From Catajapyx aquilonaris (lineage: Eukaryota), in assembly GCA_000934665.2 (NCBI GenBank), contig JYFJ02000876.1:62001-115008 (forward strand): a stretch of 53,008 bases of DNA, in the 5' to 3' direction. Made by a program: the position numbers and the translations under genes. Shown piece by piece: positions 25,401-37,500 of the stretch (its first letter is position 1; each line of letters opens with the position of its first letter). The notes below the pieces were generated by a model, which did not search any database, was not told the DNA's origin, and saw only the letters and a program-made list of their open reading frames with translations.

Positions 25401-28400
25401 GACCAAATGGTGCTGCTTTATAACCACATGTTGCAGTTTAGCATTAGAGGGAGGTATTTTTAGGTTGGTAATTGAGGTTTATTCAGAGCGGCATATCTGG
25501 CCTAAAAATACTTGGTAATAATTCTTTTTTTTTTTGAGAAGCGTTGGCTGCATAAATAGCCTAAGCCTAATTAGTTTTTTATGGACTCGAAAGGTTGAAA
25601 GCCTCGTCACCTTGGTCTTTCTCAGTTAGTTTTTTAAAATGGTGAGCATTGGGCTTTTGTACGTTTGTGTCCGGTTGTGATCACAACACGGCTTATTTTA
25701 ATAATGGGCAGTTGCGGCTAATAATCTTGAATATCGTGAGTGACAAAACCGGTCACATTGGATTGGGTATTTGGGCTTAGTTTATTATCCATTGTACTAA
25801 TTACTCCTTTACTATTACAGGGTGGAAAAGCCTCAGACGATCTGCTCCAACTGAGTGGGAATCCATTTGCAGACATATTCTCTTCTGGTGCTCCAGCTGC
25901 CACGTCAGTAACTGTCACTACTGCCAATTCTGGTCTTTGGACGGGGATGACGAATGGTAAGGAGAATGGTAAGCTCGTGCATTTGCATATTAGTGTGTAC
26001 GTGATTTAATACCATTTCATTTCTGCAGGATTCAGCGCAACACACACTTCAACAACAAACACTTTTGTTCAGGACAGTAATTTCTCCGCAGTGTTTGGAG
26101 GTGGCGGGACAGGTAAATGGCAAAACTATATTTTCACCCATCACATAGTAGTGTAGTGAGGAATGTTAATGGTTCCGTTTTCCATTTGGAAGCTTAATGG
26201 CAGGTCAAGTCTTGAATCATATAAAGCTGTAAAGTTTCCGCATGGAATTGTTAGCCTGTATAGTGCTGTGTGTGCTTGGAGTTTCCTAATCTCAGTGGCC
26301 TAGTCGTCTCGATGTGACTGGCAATCTCGTAATTTTCAACAGGGCCTGTGTCATTTCATGGCCATCTCTTGACCCTTGCCATGTAAGTTCAGTGACTAAT
26401 TACGTGCTAAAGACTGATGTAACCAATAATTGCGGCTTGAAAAGTGAGCAAGAGTCATTTTCCTGTACATGGCACGCTTTTTAACTCGGATGTTCCATTC
26501 TTAATTAGCTTTTGCCGTTACGGCCAGTTTGAGTTTAGGAAACCCACACAGTGCACAAAAGAGCCACATTATATCGGTCTTCCCCCCTCGCAAGCCGCCT
26601 CAAGTGGAGCCGCTGCCACCTTCAACCCGTTCATGTCCGACTTCGGCCCTTCCTCAGTCCCTGCTGCTCCAACCGACCCATCCGCTCCATCCGCAGAAGC
26701 CTCAGACCAGAACCTGTTTGGGGACCTGGGTGAATTTGGTGGGGGTAAAGGTGGTGGTGACCACGCTTCCCCGTCGCACTCAGGTATGCCCCAGATGGTC
26801 CCCCCATCCCCTTCCCCGTCTCCAACTCCCGCTGCCCCTCCGCCAACCCCCAGGACAGGGCTGGACGACCTGGACGCCAGTATGAGGGCTGCCCTTGGGG
26901 GATCCCCCATCCGACCCCAACCGCTCCAGCAGCAGGCACCTCCTCCTGCCTCTCCCCAAGCCCAACCTTTCCCCCAACAACCCAACCCGGCAGCACAAAT
27001 GGCTGCCGGTCAGCAGGGAGTAGCGGGTGGATTTGCCAGCCCGGCTAAGCATGGCATGGGGGCCACAGGTGACGTCCACAAACATATTTAAAAACCCGTG
27101 TAGTAGTGGTGACACTTAAGCTTTGGCAGTTGGCTTACCATTTTTTCAGTTTCACCTGGTTAGGTGTAGTGCAGGCAGTTTGTTGCCATGCTCACAGCGA
27201 AGTACTAAGCAATTTTCGAATAGAAAGTAGCAAGTCAGTGTTTTTAGCCGTGAAATCATAGAAGGGAGAAATGCAGTAACCATCGTAGAAGGTAACTTGC
27301 GTACATGCTTCTTGTGCATACGAGTATTTTTGTGCTTCCTACTCTTAAATTGCTAGTGCTGTTGCTGTCACCTGTATTGTAGCATGTGTGGTATTACTTG
27401 AACCTTGACCCCACACTGGGCAAGGTGACATAAAACACTTGTGAAATATCATCACCTGGATGCTGGTGAGATGTGATTAATTTGTATGTTGTAGAGGGTT
27501 TAGGCTAATTGCAGTTCATGTGATGGAGATTGAGATCATTGGTAAACAACAAAGTCGCAAATCAATTGCACATTATTGAATGCCGCAATATTTTATCCAT
27601 ACAAAATCAACTTTTATGTGACCCTTTGAATAGGCTTAATCCGCAGCTGTTGTCCAGGCGATGATTTGTTTAGTGTGTGTAACTCTAGCTGTTAAGAATA
27701 AAGTTGAGCTGACTTATTAGTTACAGTTCAGAGTGTGTATGAGATGGGCTTGCTTGAAGTGCAAGACTAGAGTTCAAGTGGCATGCTGGACTGTTAATTG
27801 CGTCATGATTTTACGAAGCACATAATTTTGATTTTTAAGCGATTTGCGGGTTAGTAGTAGATCTACATTATTCATCAGCATTACGAGCTCATACTTGTGT
27901 CATATCTTGCTGTTGCCAGTTAAATACAACTCCAGTGTTTGAAACTAGCCTAGTTGTCACTAATATGTTAATTAATGCTAGTCATTGCACAGTAAAGTAG
28001 CATCATGCACAATGTAAAATCTTGTGCCTTCAAAACTTGGATGAAGTTAATTCAATGTGTGAAATATGAGTTTCTTGAAGTGAAATTTATAGTGTATACA
28101 ACACTTGTTTTTGTTTTTTTTGTGATTGTGATGTCTAAACAGATCTTAATTGACATTTTCTTTTGCGGCCTTTTCTGGGAGTAACATTTGTTGCTGTGAG
28201 CATTATTGCACTTGTGATGCCATGAATATCAATATCTTGTGTTAAGTTGGCAATATTATTTGAGTGGTCATCTAACGTCATTGTGCCCCGTAATGTTAAT
28301 AATTCAAGGTATTGTAATCAGACTGTGGCAGAAATAAACCGCTATGATTATGTGAACACAAATTCAAAAGAAACAAAAAAATAATTGGTGTCTGTCAAAT

Positions 28401-29754
28401 GAGGTTGTACAAGTTTGAGACTTTTCTGATGCAAAGTGCTATAATTTTGCTTACGGCTGAATCTGGAGTTGCAAGGTATTGCATTGTGCATGATATTATA
28501 TCAATAGAATACTAGTGGTCAAGTCCTTCATGTGAGTCGGCTCTAGCATTGTTTTACTGTGGGAACCATTAGGATTCCAGTAATATGGAAACAGCAAAAA
28601 CCTGCTTTCATTGCATGCCTCTGTGTGTGTTCGCATGTGTGACGGAAACCAACAATACAGATCAGTAAGATTCAGCTGATTGTGTCGTGTTTTCAAAAGG
28701 CTTCGATGCATTTGGGGACATCCTGCAGCCAACGCAGAGCTCCGGAGGGAGCACGGGCACCAACAATGTGGCCACCACGGCCCCAAGTCAACCGCAGCCA
28801 CCTGCCAGCAAAGTTCTCACAGGAGATCTGGATTCCAGTCTGGCCAGTTTGGCGCAGAATCTTAGCATGAACAAGGGGGGTCAGCAGACTGGAAAGTGAG
28901 TTACCTGATCGCAGTTTGTAATTGTAGACGATGCTTAACGCCGAATGTGTTTGCAGGGGAATCCAGTGGAACTCGCCAAAGAACACGGGCAAGACGGGAG
29001 GCGCCAATTTTAATCCACAAGCTGCTCCTGCAGCGGGAGGAATGCCATTCAGGCCAATGGTCAGTTTTAAATAAAAGAAATCGTTGCGTTTTTTTGGAAA
29101 TTGTGCGGATAAATTGGTTGAATTTAGGCCATTGTGTGTCACATGTTTTTACGATTAATTACTTTCCAGGGCCCAGGAATGAACATGGGAATAGGAGGTC
29201 AATTCCCTCCGATGCAGCAGATGGTGAGTGTCAATTACTATCAGCAGTCGCAGTAGGAACGCTATTACACAGTTTTGCGACAGTACATTATACATCCTGG
29301 GGAAACAGAGTTTTTTTTTTTTAGCTAGTTAGGAGAAGAGAAAAAATCTTGAGGACCACCTTTACTGTACACTGCACTGGTGCTTGGGATTTTTTTTTTC
29401 AAAAATGTATTTTCTTTGCCTCTCTTGGTAGCGCTTAAGAAATTTTTCAAGGCTCTCCACTTGGGTTTACCTGCCCCTCTAACATTTATTGTGAGCTCCC
29501 CCCCTCCTCTTGCGCCGAGTTCTGTTAGTTTTGTCGTTACTTGCCCACCTCAGGGCGGCATGCAGGGCTTTCAAGGCATGCAGGGCGTTGGGATGAGGCC
29601 CGCTGGTGGATCCCCCGCCCCCCCAATGATGGGAATGATGCGCATGGGCACCTCCCCGCAACAATCCCAACAAATTCCCAACGCCAGTGTAGCCTCCTCC
29701 TCTCCTGCCATGGGCGACGCTGGACAGAAGTTGGACCCTTTTGGAGCTTTGTGA
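13448..29754 (+). CDS. lap: Phosphatidylinositol-binding clathrin assembly protein (AP180/PICALM, ANTH domain)
   Basis: Exons 13448-13595, 21666-21808, 22029-22104, [microexon 22252-22263], 22559-22661, 22741-22949, 23024-23130, 23208-23249, 23583-23677, 23956/23959-24127, 25081-25212, 25821-25956/25968, 26029-26112, 26595-27068, 28700-28895, 28957-29059, 29170-29223, 29574-29754. ANTH signature [54 protein letters not shown] motifs, [15 protein letters not shown] and C-terminal DPFGAL. Confidence 0.95.
13755..14116. repeat. Degenerate tandem repeat (~138 bp period with ~23-bp TACCTGTTGGCACCTTGAGACATG subunits) in lap intron 1
   Basis: GTTGGCACCTTG recurs several times. The block GGAGACGATTGTG...GGTTTCAATGCAAAAATCGTA occurs at 13871 and 14009. 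Confidence 0.8.
16273..16343 (+). repeat. Dispersed ~70-bp cassette, copy 1
   Basis: ACCCATCCACCAGAGGCGCTG (21 nt) and GCGCAGAACGGGGGCCAATCGG (22 nt) are identical to the copy at 51014-51085. Confidence 0.8.
19677..20400. mobile_element. Foldback/MITE-like long inverted repeat in lap intron 1
   Basis: Terminal 14-bp inverted match GAATTTTCGTCCCA (19677-19690) / TGGGACGAAAATTC (20387-20400). Further paired arms ~19697-19766 with ~20278-20350, 19848-19880 with 20179-20211, and 19901-20014 with 20058-20170. Central loop 20015-20057. No transposase ORF and no clear target-site duplication. Confidence 0.75.
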
Positions 29755-32030
29755 AAGGGTGGACAGGTGGGGAAAAAATGGCCTGTAGCTCACGAGGCAT
29801 TTCAGGGAACAATACTGCAAGCAAGTCGTGGACAAGCCGGCCATTAAATGAATGGTGCAATTATTGTAATCCATAATAGCATGTGCCATATTTGAAGTTA
29901 GTAAATGCTGTCGAGCCATTATAGCAAGTTTCCGCTTTACAAATTTTAATACGTATGGAAAGTTAAGTCACAAGAGTGTTCATCCGAGTCCGTTGTAGTA
30001 ACGACCAAAATGTTTGACTGATTAAATCCTGTTGGACGGTGAGAATGTAATGCCGACTATTAATTTGAAATTGGGTGTTGCCGCAAAGCTGCTACTGTGT
30101 AAATTACTTTCGGCAGCGTTCATTTGAAAGAAGTAACGGATTGCTAAATGCATTACGTAAATGCGGCGTTCTCCACCCAGCGTTGCCCAATTTATGGTCG
30201 GCTTCTCGGCAATTGTTCCTGTGGAATTGCCTCGTTTTGACTTCATTTGTTCCTGTCCATCTCTTTTATTTATTTTTTTATTCATGCTTGGCAACCATTA
30301 ATGCCACTCAATTTTCCCTTGTAGGGCTACCAAGACAATTGAATTTTGGAGCTTGGACATAATTAAAAAGTGGCAAATCTCTGAGTCCACCACATAGAAG
30401 AGACGTAGAAACCTGAGCGTTGTTTGTAAACATATTTAAAAAAAGAGAAATATCAACTGTCATGGCTCCGGTGTTAATTATGCAAACACATAAGCAAAAC
30501 GGATTCTGTTTTTTGAATGATGTATACAAAAAGTCTATTAATGTTGAATTATGTTGCGTGTTTGGGTAGCTCAGCCACAAAATCTCATGAGCATAGGTTG
30601 CGTCTTGTTGACTCCTAGCCCTCTCCGTCAGCGAAGGAAGAGAGGGGCCGATAACGTACTTTGTAGTAGTTGATGGCCAGCATTTAACGTTTTGTGGCTT
30701 CTTTTTTTTTTCCTTCCCCTCGCCCCCCCTCAATTTTCTGGAAAATCCCAGAGTCAGCCACCCCCTCCCCAGACTCTCCATGCCATTTATTTTTTTAAAA
30801 ATTTCAGTCACAGCGAATCGAGAGTGGAGAATTAACACACTTTTAATCTGCATGTGCCTTTGCATCGCATGACTTTCATTCGGAACCTTTTTAAAAGAAA
30901 GAAAAAAGCTGGGCTTCTAACATGTATGGCAAACTTAACGTGTTAACCGCAGATTAAAGGGAACCTGCGAATATAACCCTCCTTCGAAAGAAAAAAAAAA
31001 TGACAAAATAACATGTAACAATTTCCGTGTGACTACTTGAGATGTATCATAGACTCCATTGAATGTCGGCAGCATATTACAAGCATTTCTGTTGTTTTTT
31101 GGTGGAGAGGAAATCGCAAGGTTTAGGTAGGGCGTTACACATTCCATGAAAAGGTAATACTGTCGGCAACACTGTTCCTCTCTTTTTAAAAATGCCCATT
31201 CACAGAGCTGTGGTTACATATCACATTTGGTGGTACCGCCGTGATTTGGGGGGAGGCTCTATTTTTTTGAAGAGTGTCATTTCAGTGTGTAGTTACGAGA
31301 GGCAACAGAGTCGGATGAATGGGTTTTTTTTTCTTTCTTCGCCTACGCCTTTGTGGATGGGCAGAGAATAGCCTGTTAAATATTGTTGTTTCTTGCTTTT
31401 TCGTGCTTAAAACAAAGCTGCACCTATCCAGTGAGAAAGTTGATATGTGATCCCTATATCCCTCCCCGTGTATCCTTCCAAAATAAAATCCTTTCATTGT
31501 CTATATCAACCCGTGTCCCTTCCCCGTGGCAATTTGTGAAGGGTGGAAACTATTTCCCTTGGTATGAGTGTTACTCTTAGGTTAACATAGTTGTACAGAC
31601 AATAAGACCTCCTACGATTCATTGTAGAGTGTGTGGGACAATTTACACTCTCCCCCCCCCTTCCTCCCTGCCCTGCCACAATTGCATGAAGTGAAAGTCA
31701 TAAAAAAAAGTTGGATGCAATAATAACAGTTGTGGAGGGATGTGTGCAGAAACTCTTAAACATTTTTTGGGGAGAGAAAGTGTGTATAAAACAAAAAATT
31801 TTTTTGGCACGTTTGTTGGGGATGAGAAGGGTTAGAGTTTAAGAAGAGAGAATAAGGGGAAAAAAATGATTAATAAGAGAGAGAGAGAGAGAGAGAATTT
31901 AGCTATCTTTAGCTTATGTAAAATGTTAGAGATGATATTAAGGTGCACATATTTATTGCCATGTTTTCTCTCTTCTCCACTGCTGAGAAAAATGGTGTTG
32001 TTTGTTGAATTCAGTGATAATGGTAATAAA
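29755..32030 (+). other. Probable long lap 3' UTR
   Basis: Non-coding U/A-rich stretch after the stop codon, with a (GA)n microsatellite at ~31875-31896. AATAAA at 32025-32030 is followed by a U-rich tract. Confidence 0.45.
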
Positions 32031-34500
32031 TGATATCTGTAAGGCGCATATTGCTTTTTTTTCCCTTCCTGTCAATTTTCAGATTTATGCGGGTACGTAT
32101 GGAGAAAGTAAAAAAGAAGGAGCATCCTGCCACGAGCCATTGAGTCTATAGTACACCCCTTTTTTTTTCATTGTGATCCAACCTGCACGTGTCTCCACGT
32201 AGTCTCCATTCCAGATAATTACACTTCGAAATCGCAATCTCATATCTAGAAAGTGTAACGTGGTCCGGTAACTCATTACACGATACCGTCTACAGTTACG
32301 ATCAGGAAATTGTCCTTTTTACGGATGGGGCAAAGGACTAGTCATCACCCCCTCCCCGAGTCACAAGACTAGAAAGTGTCCTCTGCATGTGAATCCAATG
32401 GCTAAGGTTAAGGTCGGCCATCCTGTAGTATCCATCCTTGTAAGAATTGAAAGTGGAGGAAGAAGAAAGGGGGAAGGAGAGGCAAAAACATTGTTGAAGT
32501 TCAACCGGATGAGATTGGATCAGAATTATTTTTTTCACACCATACAGGCTTCTGGTTTCTCATGCGATACGTACAGGGTGAACCCGCACTTACTAGTCAC
32601 AAGTTGTTTGAATTGTGAACAATTTTTTGATTTAATTATCTGACAATTGATATCAATTTTTTGGTGACTAATGTATTGTTGTGTGTTTTTAATTAAGGCT
32701 GCTTACAGGCTGGGTGCTTGTGACTTCGGTGCTGGTGAGTTGGTCGGTGTACCAACCTGTAGAGTAAAGAGGAGAAAGTACTTTTATTATTGGCACGGTG
32801 TGGAATCGTGTGAAGAGACGATACTCATCGCTGTAAACGAGTGAAAAGCACGCTATTAATTTATAGCTTGTTTTGTTGTGCTGAATAATATATGAATGGC
32901 TGTCAAAGTAAAGAAAAGTGTTGATTTACAATTGTTGTTGCACGCTCTGGTGTAACAACTTCCTATGTCCGAATGTTGTCCAGTTTCCGGGGATGTCCTG
33001 CTGGACATTTAGTTACATCATCGATACTGATTGGCAATATCCGGATATTGCAACAACATTTTTAAAAACTTTCATTGATGGCCCAATAATCTTAAGAAGA
33101 CATCACGCATCCTTGTTACTACAACAAGCGCATCATCTCCCCGGGGGTGAAAAAGGCCTGAATAATCTTTTTTTGAAGAGGAGAGAAGGAAAGATGTGGT
33201 TGGCGTGATGCAGAAGATGAAGGTGGGAAACTAGGCCACAGAGAGAGAAAGATGGACCCCCATCCACCTCCCCCAGAATGGGGTTACACTTCTTCTTCTT
33301 CTTGGGAGGCTTTTAACTGAAGAGGCGGCGGAAGTCGGCTGGTCACTCACCAAGAGGATCCTCTCCAGGCATGATCCCAGGAGGTTCTCTGGAAGGTAAG
33401 TTTTTAAACATAACCAAGGATGGGATGGGGGGGGAAAAAATATATGCACACTTATAGAGTGGCATTGAATCCATGTGAATATTTTTATAGCCTTCTATAG
33501 GTCATTTTGTGTGGGGAAAAAATTATCTGTTTACTAATAAATTATTGTGTCCGTGTCGACTCCAGCAGCCAACAATACTGCTGTGTACTGTTGGGTCAAA
33601 AAATATCGGCCAGTTTGTACCAGTACGTAATTCATTGTTAGTCAATTACGACACCAATTGTGATGTAAGTCTAGAATTTTAATTACTTGTGCGACGTCAT
33701 ACCAGAGGATCTATTAGTGATATTGTAATAGCACCCAAGGTGGCAGCTAGTTACCTTCCCATGTCATTTATTGTGGTGTAAAATTAAGCCAAATTATATG
33801 ACTAATTATAGCATTTGCACACGATCATGCAATTTTGCAATTACACATTTACAGTTGGAGTTTTTCTTAAGTGCTGCTTACATGTCCATCAGTAGTAATG
33901 TATCAAGTACCACGGTACTGTGCGACTGGTAATTATTTTGTGATTTGTTTACGATTAACGAATAGGGTAATATTTAATTTTTTATTTAATTTTAATATTT
34001 AATAGCGTAATATTTTGTATTAATTAGTGTAGTGTAGCCATCAATTGCATGGTAGAGTGCGTGGATGGGAGAAAATTTTTGTGTAGATTTTTCGTCCTTC
34101 TGCTAAAATTATCAGCAAGTAACCTGTAACCCTCGGTGTTACTTATAGCAATTTTATCAGTTAGAACTTTACAGTCATTAATATATTATATCCGGTGTGC
34201 AAAAATGGTATTACGGCCGGAGATCAACCTGAATATGACAAACATTACGGGATGAACCTAGTTTACAGATTATAAATAACAAAAGCTTTCACATCGTAAC
34301 ATCTGTTGATCCGACCTATTTAAGAATGTTTTTTTGTAATGTACACTTCAATAGAATTTTTTCGTTACACTTGGTGAACTATGTGTCAACAATTTTTTTT
34401 TTGTAAATCCTTCTCTCCCAGCATCTTCCACCTCCAGAAAACGTGTGTCCCTAACACTGGTTTCACTTCCTTTCAGCTTGTTAAAGACCCATCCCCCATC

Positions 34501-37500
34501 ATGCCTGCTCTGCTTTCTCTTCTAGTCCTAGGTAAGTTTGCCTTCTATTTTATAATGTGTACAATATGCCCATTTTTGAGGTACCCACCAAACATGACTT
34601 GTCGAGGACATCTCCAGGAAGCCGGCTTAGGACACGATCTTTTCAGAATAATGCTGGGAGGTTGTCTCAAGCACGTCTTCTCGTGTGATAAAGAAACTTC
34701 TTTTCATGCACGTAGCACGTGCCTGTAGATAACTGGATTTAAAATTCGGCTGATTTTTTAACTTTAAAAATGCTGATGACAAACTGTATGTAAATTGACC
34801 AGAGAAATCTTTAGTGTAAAAGGTTAAGGCGAAGGTCAATTTCTCCGGATGTTTCTTCTTCTTGGCATGGGAAGGACTTGTTGGTATGGGAGTGGAGCAG
34901 ACCACTTTCTTCGGTGGGTTCGTTTGAAACACCGGTCATGTAATGTACCGTATGTGTACTACCGGAAGGAAAAAGGTCAAAAAAAGGTCAGAGTCGCGCG
35001 GAAAAGAACTCTCACTCGACACGGTTTTTTGGACATCTGGAGATGACCGTGATGGGTAGTGTTGTGGTGCGGAGGAAAACCTGCTTGAAAGTCGTGGGTC
35101 AAAGGTCATTCCTGGTGGTCAAATTGGAGGAGGGTCAGGAGTGACCTTTAGGTGATTTCGAAGGGTGTAATGTGAAGGAGGTTAAACCCATGGGGGCAAG
35201 CAAAAAAGTGAGAGGAAATCACTTTGCAGATTTAATGAGTCGTCATTTACATAATTAATAAAATTACTATTGTTTTATTAATTTAATGTTGTAGTTAAAA
35301 GGGAACTAGTCCGGGGGGGGGGAGGGAATTAGTTCGAGCAAATATTAATTTAACTCTCTAACGTGATGAGCGAGATTTATAGACTTTTGGGCGTACTTCT
35401 CTTCAAACCACATCCTATCATCCATCCAAAAACGGCTTAGTTGAAAGGTTCAACAAAACATTCGTCATGGATGTACACAGCACATTGTTATCGTTGTTAT
35501 TTATTTTCTAGATAAACTGGAACTAGTTACAGTTGTCCGAAGAGAAATTAATCATAGCAAATATTAAGTTAACGGTCACATTCATAATTAAGCACATTAT
35601 CGTTATGTATATTTAATTTTCTAGTTAAAACGGGGAACTAGTTACAGTTGGCCCCGGGGAAATTAATTAATAGCAAATATTAATTTAACGGTCACCAAAT
35701 TCGTGAATAATATGTACTCAGCACATTATCGTTGTTATCACGTTAATTCCAATCTAAACGACTAGTTACAAGCATGCAATCGCAATTAGAAAGCATAACG
35801 TGACAAAAGTATGTTTTACGCTAATTTGTTCATCGCCACGCCAATTTTATTACATCATATTTTTTGACAATATTAACACCTTTTTTCTGCAATTTTTTTT
35901 GCGCATGAACACGACAGATGAGCCAACATTTCGCAACAATTACCGAACATTAATTAAGCCATTTTCACTGCTCCATTTGGCTCTCATCATCAGGTTATTC
36001 TGCCAAGTGATGGTTTTACAAAAAAATGAAAACAGGGGCAACGACTTACGCTCAATCAAGATGAGGTAGGGAAAGTGAAAATTGTTATAATACACATACC
36101 ATCAGTATGTGCTCTGGGTTTAAAGTAGGACATGCCTTGTAAAACTAGTTCTTTGCTTGATGAGGGATGCTGCTGAGATAACTTCCCTTTTTCAAAACGG
36201 GGGGGGGGGGGGNGGGGCCTCCCTCCGAGTGCGCGTTATTAACAATCAACAATGAAGCTTTCTACTTGCTGTGTTATTAATGTGTAACTATTTGAGAGCA
36301 GTAATTACTGTGCTTTCATTTCAGGTGTGTTTGTGGCTCCGACGGTCATATCAACTGCCACGGTACGTTGATTTTTTTATTTTTCAATTGTCCGAACTGA
36401 TTCCCAACAATTTGAATGGTCACCTAATTCGTTGCGAAATTATGCCCGAAATTATGCGAGACAATCGAATAAACTGTGTGGCGCGCATCACAATGAAGAG
36501 AAATCCGTTAATTATAATATTTTACGTCAAAAAATTCACATTTCAAAAAAAAACGTAAGGTTATGTCAGCTGAATCGTAATGTGCGGTCGTACTTTCACT
36601 GCAAATCAGAAGAATGAACGACACTAAAATGAAAGTGACGCATTCCGTACTGAAAACAATCGTGGCATAAAAAATTTCACATGGTAGTGTATATATACGG
36701 AAGTCACACCATGTGTTTTATAATAATCCTTTTTAGTGAATGACCCCCCCTCTTCTTTCATCATCACTCAAAAAGCTGCTCTCAAGAAAGTGAAACTGGT
36801 CAGAATAAGGACCTGCCATAACTTTCGCTGTGCATGATTCTCTGTTTTCTGGGGTGCTCCTTGCGTGGTTTGTTACGTGAAGGAAGCCAATGTGATGTGC
36901 TGTAATTGCATCCTACTTTTTTTTTCTCTCCAGACATCACGAGCTGTGTCTGAAGGTTATCCTTTCCGGTACCCTTCCGGTGGACCTAGACCACTTCGGT
37001 TTGGAGATAGGATACCAACCAGTACTGAATCTCCAGAGTACACTGAGACATACCAGACCAGCACAAGTTTTCCGGAGCAGACTGGTACATATGGTACCAC
37101 GCAGTACCAGCAGCCAACAAGTGGAGGTGGAGGGTACCAGGAGGAGCTCAGGAATTACCAGCGACATGACAGAGGTAATGCTGTGGTCTGACCAAATATT
37201 TTGTGGTTTTAATTGTTGGCAATTTCCAGATTACCCTCATGAAGCGGCTAACAATTGCAGCGAACCGTATGGACGATGCGGGGTGAGACTTTCACTTAAT
37301 ATGACTGCATCAATTATTATTAACAATGTTGGTTTCAGGAGCAGCAGCAAAGTGAGGACTATCAACTTCCAGCAGAGTCAACTCCTAGAGACTTGGACCA
37401 TGAGATAAACGATGTGACCGGACATGACCATCAGCTGACCCGAAACCCATTCCATCAGGCTTCGTATCCACCGGTGACGACCCTAGTGCCTTCGACACCT

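Noticed and set aside
36199..36217. Poly-G run containing an N at 36213
   Set aside because: Homopolymer sequencing/assembly ambiguity, not a feature.
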